DNA of 63,027 nt, counting the filler, from Squatina squatina (Eukaryota), in NCBI GenBank assembly GCA_031763465.1. It is 3 parts of 3 records of this genome, joined end to end, with 100 filler letters (N's around TTAATTAATTAA, not from the genome) between each part and the next. Parts side by side here need not be neighbours in the genome. Positions count along the whole stretch, not along the records: positions 40,882 to 63,027 come from JARFOE010000046.1; 2 more parts are not named here. The stretch is one strand, 5' to 3'. The stretch's first letter is position 1. Every line of letters begins with the position of its first letter. Below the pieces are notes generated by a model that saw only the letters and a program-made list of their open reading frames with translations, was not told the origin of the DNA and did not search any database. Positions 54,875 through 63,027 of the stretch are shown in pieces. Both the position numbers and the translations under genes were made by a program.

Positions 54875-55106
54875 ATGATCCTCAACATGAATTCCGTGCA
54901 CCCTGATGGAGGTTTAGGTGACAACCGATCATCCGCAGACCACTTTTTTTACCATGAGAACTTGACGACCAACTTCTCAAACGGGACCTTCCACAACAGC
55001 ACCTCGCCGCCGCTGAACCCGACCAGGGGAGCCGTGCTCGGGCTAGTCCTCACTCTCTTTATTTTATCCGCACTGGTCGGAAACATTTTAGTCATCCTCT
55101 CCGTAG
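54875..55106 (+). CDS. ADRA1B: Alpha-1 adrenergic receptor (1B-like): N-terminus and TM1, truncated by gap
   Basis: N-glycosylation sequons (NRS, NLT, NFS, NGT, NST), then PPLNPTRGAVLGLVLTLFILSALVGNILVILSV, versus recalled ADRA1B PQLDITRAISVGLVLGAFILFAIVGNILVILSV. TTC1 lies downstream as in human. Confidence 0.85.
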
Positions 55107-55206
55107 NNNNNNNNNNNNNNNNNNNNNNNNNNNNNNNNNNNNNNNNNNNNNNNNNNNNNNNNNNNNNNNNNNNNNNNNNNNNNNNNNNNNNNNNNNNNNN
55201 NNNNNN

Positions 55207-55528
55207 TTTCAACGGCAGCGATAGGAGGTCGTCATTGAACCCCAATCCCTGTCTCAGCGACAAAAATAGGCCCCAGAGCATGGAAATGTGCAGCCTGCGG
55301 GGCTGGAGGCTGTTCCCTTCCTTTCGCCGCTCTTCTTTCCAGGCCAGTGGACCAAAAGGAAAATGCGAGTTTCCGGGAAAGACCATCAACGGAGAGTACG
55401 GAATCTGTACTGGTTCAACCATCCATACAAAGAGAACCATGACCTTTGGACGTCAAGCAATGTCTGAGGCATTTCAACAGAATGTTCATATTAAAATGAC
55501 TCATAATGTACCAGAAACAAATATTTAA
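55207..55528 (+). CDS. ADRA1B: Alpha-1 adrenergic receptor C-terminal tail (end of last exon), ending ETNI*
   Basis: FNGSDRRSSLNPNPCLSDKNRPQSMEMCSLRGW aligns loosely with recalled ADRA1B [34 protein letters not shown]. Open to TAA, followed by AT-rich 3'UTR-like sequence. Confidence 0.7.
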
Positions 55529-55820
55529 ACAAAGAAGCAAGACTTCCAATTGTAAAGACTTGTGAAAATGCTGTGTTGGTATATGCTATATTGTTTACAT
55601 AAGTATAAATGCACGTAATATTATAATTGCTACATAAATGTTTTACTCTTATTTCTGTATGTGTAATAATTTATTGTTTCAGATGTATATTATGTTACTA
55701 TGAAAACCTCATATCCTCAGGAAGATGTCTACTGGTTACAATGCACAGTTCACACTTCAACTAAAATGTTTTGTTTGTATTTAAAGGGTCAGTGATTTGA
55801 GACTGTTTCACTCCATGTAA

Positions 55821-55826
55821 AATAAA
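55821..55826 (+). terminator. Candidate polyadenylation signal AATAAA
   Basis: About 290 nt after the ADRA1B stop codon, in AT-rich sequence. Confidence 0.35.
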
Positions 55827-56254
55827 ACAGTGTCTCACATAAAATAATTGTTTCCTTAAAAATAGCAGAAAAAAACCCAGCCGTTTGGGAATGGATGCTT
55901 TTGTCGAATTGGGATGAAATCAGTGTTCTACTTTAAAAAAAAATACAACCCATTAAAAGTTAGCTATCTGTCCACTCCCATTGACATGCAATGAGTCATT
56001 CTCAAGCAATGTAGGAAGGATATGCACCACCCCACCAGCCAGCTTATTCTCTTTCATTCAAAGAAAGAATCTCTATAGCAGGAGTTCCCAAGCCTTTATC
56101 TTTGAGGGCCACTTAGATACATACCACAGGGTTGTTTAGGCCACATATAACTTTAAATTCAATTTCCCATTAATTTGTGTATATGTCAACTTGCTAACGC
56201 AGCTTTTGGCATTCTGACTTTGGATTTATCCACCAATGAGGCAACAGCACTATG

Positions 56255-56465
56255 AACAAAAACAGGAAATGCTGGAAATACTTAACATGTCAGGTAGCAT
56301 CTGTGGAGGGTTAACGTTTCAGGTCTGTGACCTTTCTTCAGAACTGGAACAGGTTTTTAAGCAAGTGCAAGGGCAGGGAAAGGGGGGAGGGGAGGAAAGA
56401 ACAAAAGGGAAGGTCTGTGATAGGGTGGAAGGCAGGAGAGATTAAGGGACATTAAGAGATGGTGC
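56255..56465 (-). mobile_element. Same repeat family, best-preserved hammerhead-like core (56309-56347)
   Basis: Minus strand reads ccagttCTGAAGAaaggtcacagacctGAAACGTTaacc. Confidence 0.7.
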
Positions 56466-59169
56466 NNNNNNNNNNNNNNNNNNNNNNNNNNNNNNNNNNN
56501 NNNNNNNNNNNNNNNNNNNNNNNNNNNNNNNNNNNNNNNNNNNNNNNNNNNNNNNNNNNNNNNNNAAACCTGATGAAAGTGGGCAGCTGAGATATTGGGA
56601 AATCCATAGCTGTCTCCCCTTATGATATTTAGGACCATGGAGTCATTGAATACAGTTTGCGTTTTTCATACACGAAATGCTATATGTCATGACTAAGGCA
56701 ATATTTATTTTGTGAGAACATAAGTTAATAAAACCAAAACAGATCTTTGAACTCAAACAAGGAAATATTTAAAATATAATCATGAAATTAACAAACACTT
56801 CATACTGGAACCTGAGTGATTAGTTGCTGAGTGGGTTTGAACCATTATCTGTTGAATGATTGATTACTCACTATGCCATTTGTTTTCTAAGGACAAGAGT
56901 GGTACAGGAATGAAGAGCATTGATGAGCCATGCTACAGACAGGTGTGATGTGTATCCACCAGTCCCTACACAGAGATTCCCATGTGAATTCTGTTGTCAA
57001 GACAAAGCATTTCCCATGGGAAGGGTGGGGAAATTCAGTGTCATGCCATCCTGAGCTGCTGTCATGCACCCTGTGGTGGCATAGAGCAGCATTAACAGTG
57101 TCCCCATTGAGCAGGTCAGCGGTTCTGTGACTGGGGAATGGCACACAATACAGTCAAGAGGGAACACTTAAAGTAAACAAGGCAGGCTAATAAATTTAGC
57201 TAATTCATTTTTTTAATCTTAATTTAAGATGTAGATACAAGATTAAATGTAAACAATTTCGAACCAAGGACAGGAGAAAATTCTTTTATATAGGGAGTTG
57301 CACAGCTGAGGAATTCACTTTCAGAGTTAATAGTTGAAGTAGAACAACATTCAATATTAGATTGGATAGGTGGATGGAAAAGGAAAGGGTTAAGGGTTAT
57401 GGGAACAGGGTTCACTGACTACCGCTTCAGGCAGAACCAGGCTGTCTGCAACCTCAGCATCCTATTCAGCCCCGAGAGGAGCTTCTGACCCCATATACTC
57501 TCCATCACCAAGATTTAGGGTTTCCAACCCTCCCGGACTGACCGTGAGTTTGCCAGAATTGGGGGTTCCTCAACCAAACTCTGCCTCCTGCAATTTTACA
57601 TTTCAATGATTTTAACTTTCCAGCTAAAAAAAAATTACGAATTAACATGTGTTTAAAAAAGAGCCATAGCACTCTCCCGGTAGCTGCAGAAAAGATGGAG
57701 CTGATGCCAACATGACGACAACAAATTGCATTTGCATAGCGCCTTTTAATATAGGAAAATGTGCCAAAGCACAGGAGCATAATCACACATAGATTGACAG
57801 AATCAAAGAAGGAGACAAAGGCCCGGATTTTGCAGTCAGCAGCGAAAGAGCGGCGCTCACAAATTTTTAGGGGACTCCAGAGTGAAGACTTCCTTTATTT
57901 TGATGTCAATTTGAATTTGATGTCTGTTACAGGGGATCTGTGGCCTCCNNNNNNNNNNNNNNNNNNNNNNNNNNNNNNNNNNNNNNNNNNNNNNNNNNNN
58001 NNNNNNNNNNNNNNNNNNNNNNNNNNNNNNNNNNNNNNNNNNNNNNNNCATTAATAATTGATGCATTATTGGCCCGGATTTTGCAGTTGTAATGATGGCA
58101 TTCGCCACCGTCATTACTCTGTGAAACTGACAGCAACTTCTGACATCCGCACATGCACAATTAAATGCAGAAACCCAGAAGTTGCTGTCAGTAATTCCCT
58201 GCTGCTCCTCTGTTGAAGTTCCCGCAGACAGCAATCTTTATAAGTGACTGAACTGATGCGAACTTTCCCTTTTACGCTGTTAAAACCCCAGAAAAGTTAA
58301 GCCTTTTGAATGAGGTGTCATTGGGTTTTTGATGGTGTACCAAGTCATAATTACTGCTGAGCAGCCTCTCTGGCCCTGAAAAATTAATTTTACATTTGTG
58401 GAATGTCAAATTTTTCCATTATGATAAATCTATTGGTTTTTAATATTGAAAACAATTATTTATGATTTTTTTAGCTTCTACCTTAATCCCATGTGTATGT
58501 CCAATATTTATATCACTCTGTAAAATTTATAAAATTGTAGGATAATCAGTGCATTTTACTTCCTGATTTGCTGGCTGTGAGAATTCGCCAATATGATTGT
58601 CTGTTTAGTCTGCTGGGCGCTGGAGATCCCCAGAGTTGGCGGCAGAATCAAACTAACATTGGGAAAGCTGAAATGGACGTCACAGAGATTGCAGGATCTC
58701 TGTGGGCGGCTTTCTCCGAGGTCAATGGCAATCGCCACCACTTCGCCACTGAACGGGAAATCCAGGCCACTGAGTTTGGATGAAGTTCCTCTCTCTATTG
58801 TAACCAAGGCAGTAACTTGTTTAGCCATGATCTCTACCCAGTGACCCTGCTGCAAAGTGTAGATGTCCGGTGAGCACATTGTCTCGCTCTGATCCTCACT
58901 GCTCAAGCTCACACGTGAAGAACAGCCACTTGGGTGAGGTACTGAGCTGCTGTTGGTGACAATTGTTATTTTCTGTTGATGTATTTTCTCTCCGTATCTT
59001 CTTCCTCCTCTCCTGGAGGGGTTCTTCCCTGGTTGGGGGAAGGCTCCACAGGCAATGGAGAACCTCTGGTACCTTAGCCAAATGGTCATTCGTCATGTGT
59101 GATTCTAGAGAGCATATGTCAATGGCCTATTCAACTATGACTGAGGAAGGCATCACAGCCACTCTGGGG

Positions 59170-59480
59170 GACACCAAAATTAGGGGCCATAAGTATAAGA
59201 CAGCCACTAGTGGATTCATTAGGGCATTCAGGAGAACGTCTTTTGCTGGAGCGTGGTAAGAATGTGGAACACGTTACCATCAGAAGTGGTTGAGGTGACT
59301 AGCATAGATGCATTTAAAAGGCAGCGAGATAAACTAATGAGGGAGAAAGGACTAGCAGGTTATGCTGATTGGGTTAGATGAAATAGGGTGGAAGGAGGAT
59401 CATGTAGAGCATAAAAACAGTCATGGAGCAGTTAGGCCAAATGGCCTATTTATGTGCTGTACATTCTATGTAATTCTACA
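59170..59480 (+). mobile_element. CR1 LINE 3' end
   Basis: RGHKYK...VVRMWNTLP; tail ggccaaatggcctatttatgtgctgtacattctatgtaattcta. Confidence 0.75.
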
Positions 59481-61197
59481 TAAGCCTGGCATACACAGAT
59501 GTACTTTCCAGCAGGAGGTCATTGGATAGCGATTAAGAGCAACAAACCCGGTGGATTTTTGCTCTCTGTAGCTCAGGGATCTCATGCCAATAGTGGCAGC
59601 CCAACTGCTAGGCCAACTAAGATCAGCACAGAACAAGGGTCGAACCTGAGGCCTTCCTTGTCTGTAAGGCCTGGGTCCACATTAAGTTGTGCCTTTGCCC
59701 ATAAAACTATTAGAGCAGCTAAAATTTTGTCACATGAGGTAGGATTAACACTTGTGGTTTACCTATTCCAGATTCCAGTGCCAGCTGCTGATATACAGTG
59801 ATCTCAATCCTTTAACCTACTGGGTTAAGCAACAGAAAGGGAGCATCATATCATGACTGGTGCTGCAGTGACATTATGCTGTTGTAGATCATGTTTAGCA
59901 GTATGAATTAATCATCATTAATATTAATTATACCTATGAAAAATGTTTAGTTTAGAATTGACATATAATCCACAGCATGACAACGCACCACTAGACAATC
60001 GATTAGTATAGCATACAAATGAAAACAGTCATGAACAGAAGCAACACAGCCTTCACATTAAAAATGAGTAATAACAGGCCAAGGGATAATTAGTAAAAAT
60101 CAATGTCTCAGTTAGATTAAACAGGAGAGAGTGCAGCAATATTATGAATATCTAACCTACTGTTTCTGAATTATTTAGNNNNNNNNNNNNNNNNNNNNNN
60201 NNNNNNNNNNNNNNNNNNNNNNNNNNNNNNNNNNNNNNNNNNNNNNNNNNNNNNNNNNNNNNNNNNNNNNNNNNNNNNAGTTGGATTAACTCTAACCATT
60301 TAATAGTTTTAATTGAAAACTTAAGATGAAGTGACTAAATATTTAAAAATTCACATCTAAAATTTTGACTTACGTAAGCGTTCGTGTAAATAACAATGAC
60401 TACACTTCAAAAATAATTTATTAACTGGGTCATCTTAAGGACTTGAAAGGCATTATAGAAAGCCTGGGTCTCGGAAATCCAGGCTTAGTCAGAAGCTTGG
60501 CTGCTGAGGCATTCTCAGTTCCAATTTTTCGTCAGTTCTCAGGCTCCCACTCCTGATGTTAACCCAGTGCAGTATCCATCTGTGCTTCCTTATGTCTGAT
60601 GGCCACAAACTTGCACACAATTGGCTAGACCACATCAGGCTCTATTGTGTTTCACTCTCCTCCTAACACTCCAGGACTATCCTAGCGGACAAGGTCAACA
60701 GCAGCTCTTTTTTTGTCATGACAAAAAAGCTCCTGAAAACTCTTTCCTGCCTCCCCAACGTATCTCTAACACCAAGTGTAAAGAGCTGATGATTTTTTTT
60801 GTTTCAAAGACTGACACCATCTATGTTGCCTCAAACTACCTTCCTGTCCTCTTCCTCACCACCACAGCTCCCAACAAGCCCCCATTTACCCTATCCCTGT
60901 CACTCTAGTTTCTCTTCCATCCCTCTGCCCTTTTCATGTTCATCTTTTCACAAGACCCAACTCCATCCCCTTCCCACCCAACTCCTAACCATTCAATTAC
61001 AGCTGAGGAAAAAGGACATTTTGGAAGCTCCGGTGGGGAAGATGGCATTGTCCAAGCAGATGTGACCAGGATGGAGAAAATGGGAGATAGGCATGGAGTC
61101 CTTGCAGAAAGCAGGGTGAGAAGAAGTATAATCAAGATAGCTGTGAGAGTTAGTGGGCTTTTAGTAGAAGTCTATCCCCAGAGTTGGTGATGGGGAT

Positions 61198-61270
61198 ACT
61201 GCCTGACCTGAGCATTTCCAACATTTCCTGTTTTATTTCCGATTTCCAGCATCTGACATATTTTGCTTCT
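61198..61270 (+). mobile_element. 3' part of the same repeat family (no core)
   Basis: ctgcctgacctgagcatttccaacatttcctgttttatttccgatttccagcatctg is similar to 1903-1960. Confidence 0.6.
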
Positions 61271-62841
61271 TTACACCGTTGTGAAAGCCTTGTTAAATGT
61301 TAAACTAATTTACAAGCTGTCACAAGCCAAGGCTCCAACTTGTGATTAAATAGCATGAGATTCAGTGTGACCTTCAGAAACAGCATTTTCAGAAGTGTTG
61401 AATTCACATGGAAGCTGGAAATTGGCCTAACTTTGGTGGAATTCTGCTGGAACTATTGAAAACTAGGCCAGGGCCTCGACAAACAGGGTTACAGTCTTGT
61501 ACTGGAGTATCCAGGGTGGCCTGTTGAGTCCAGAGCCTCCACCTGCCCCAAGCATAGCCATTGTTATAACGAGTGAGGGGGGAGGCACTCTTGTTGGAGT
61601 TCCTGCACCACAAGCCTTTAGTGGAATCCAGGGTATGGTCAGACCAGGCATACGTTGCCAGGGGTGGAAATGTGATTCAGATTCCCAAATTTAAGCAAAA
61701 ATAAGTTTGTTGAGTGGCTTTTTTTACAAGGGGGCTGTGAGGGAAGCTATTTCTTTTTATTGGAGGACATGACGGACGGTACCTGCTATTGACAGGGAAC
61801 CTCTCGGATCCAGTGAAGTCTGCCGGAATCTCTCCCTCCATGCTTGTGCATTTCTCTCTCCACCCTGCCCGTGTATTTCTCTCTCCCTGAGATACTGGCA
61901 CCATGACGATTCATTTCCCATTCCATTATATACCCCTAAAAGTAAAACTTCAAGCAGCAAATACATATGCATTAGAGACTTGCTCATAAACTTGTTGCAA
62001 AAAACGATTCCCCTCCTCTTATACAAAGAACAAAGTTGTTTCTGGGATTCAATTCCAAACTATAGAATTGAAAGAGTATTATGCTGCTTCGGAAGCTGGT
62101 AGGGCTGTACCACTGCAGTGCATTCTCCTAAATGCCAAATGGTGACCTTTGTTGTGGTGGTGTGACATGAATCTCGCTTTACTGGTCATATCTTCCTTTT
62201 TGGGGGAGAAAGTCTTGGCAGATTGTTCTGAGGTGGCATTGCAATTGTAGTTGTGGTTCCAATATTCCAAATTTAACAATCTCCCAATAACAAATTCAAT
62301 TGAATTGTAATCATGAAATGGCACTGAACAAAAAAAATGGAGTTTAAAGCTAACCGTGAAGCATTTTGTTCAAACCTTTGCAGTTCGTGTTAAGTAATTG
62401 AAAGGATTAGAGAGAAAAAATAACTTTCACAAACTGATCTAGTTTGGAACTGGGCATAAAAACTAGACTTGAAGAAACCAAATTCAATCTAAATATAGCA
62501 CAGCTTTCGAAACTGAACCAACTGCAGTAAGTGGGCTAAGCAGAGATTGTAAATCTGGACTGTGATGTGAAGTCAAAATTTGTTGTGTTCTAATAGGTCA
62601 TTGTTTTGTTATGACCTGTATCCGACTCCAGATCTTAATTTGAACAGATTATAAGAGTTTAATCTGTTTCCTGACTCCATAAACTGAGAATTTCCGGCAT
62701 GTTTGATCTTTTGTTCCCTCACATGCCTCCCCGTGATGGCAGTAAATATCGCTTCTGTTTGAATGATTATCAGGTGAATGCAAAAACATTCATGTTGTCA
62801 TTTGCTAACTCTTGCACTTGTTTTGTTCTTTTCCTCTACAG

Positions 62842-62896
62842 CGATTACCACAACAGATTGATGAAAGAAATGAGAAAATGAAGGAAGAAATGCTAG
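62842..62896 (+). CDS. TTC1: Tetratricopeptide repeat protein 1 exon (RLPQQIDERNEKMKEEML-G)
   Basis: Matches recalled human TTC1 RLPKQIEERNERLKEEMLG. Strong acceptor ttcttttcctctacag, donor TAG|gtaagt; 55 nt. The ORF track reads a different frame. Confidence 0.9.
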
Positions 62897-63027
62897 GTAA
62901 GTACTCTTTACCATGTCACAATACTTCTAATGTAAATCTTCAACAGGAGCCAATGGTACACACAAAATTCTCTTTCTGTTTGTGTGAATATCAAGTCAAG
63001 TGGTGCATGTTGGGAAATGGGACATTG

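Noticed and set aside
54875-55528. Single 217-aa one-TM protein as given by the ORF track
   Set aside because: The frame continuity across a placeholder gap is coincidental; TM2-TM7 are missing from the assembly.
58556-59089. 177-aa minus-strand ORF, the longest gap-free ORF
   Set aside because: No recognisable domain; lies among repeat fragments.

Overview
Gap-rich vertebrate genomic DNA, most likely a cartilaginous fish (inferred from Deu-type SINEs and the CR1/L2, Harbinger and Penelope-type repeats). Two identical synthetic linkers (44N-TTAATTAATTAA-44N at 26849-26948 and 40782-40881) split the window into three probably unrelated pieces. Piece 1 (1-26848) carries minus-strand exons of UNC13A/Munc13-1 (C2A, C1 and C2B regions), including a 6-nt Ala-Met microexon and several candidate alternative exons. 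Piece 2 (26949-40781) has no exon I can recognise. Piece 3 (40882-63027) carries the first coding exon of an alpha-catenin (CTNNA1-like, minus; missed by the ORF track), an alpha-1B-adrenergic-receptor-like gene with a CRE/TATA promoter (plus; middle lost in a gap) and one TTC1 exon (plus). The most unusual non-coding signal is a short repeat family with a minimal hammerhead-ribozyme-like core. One copy forms a 52-bp inverted repeat flanked by a 10-bp direct repeat. I see no evidence of a wholly new multi-gene system. All family assignments come from recalled sequences, not database searches.
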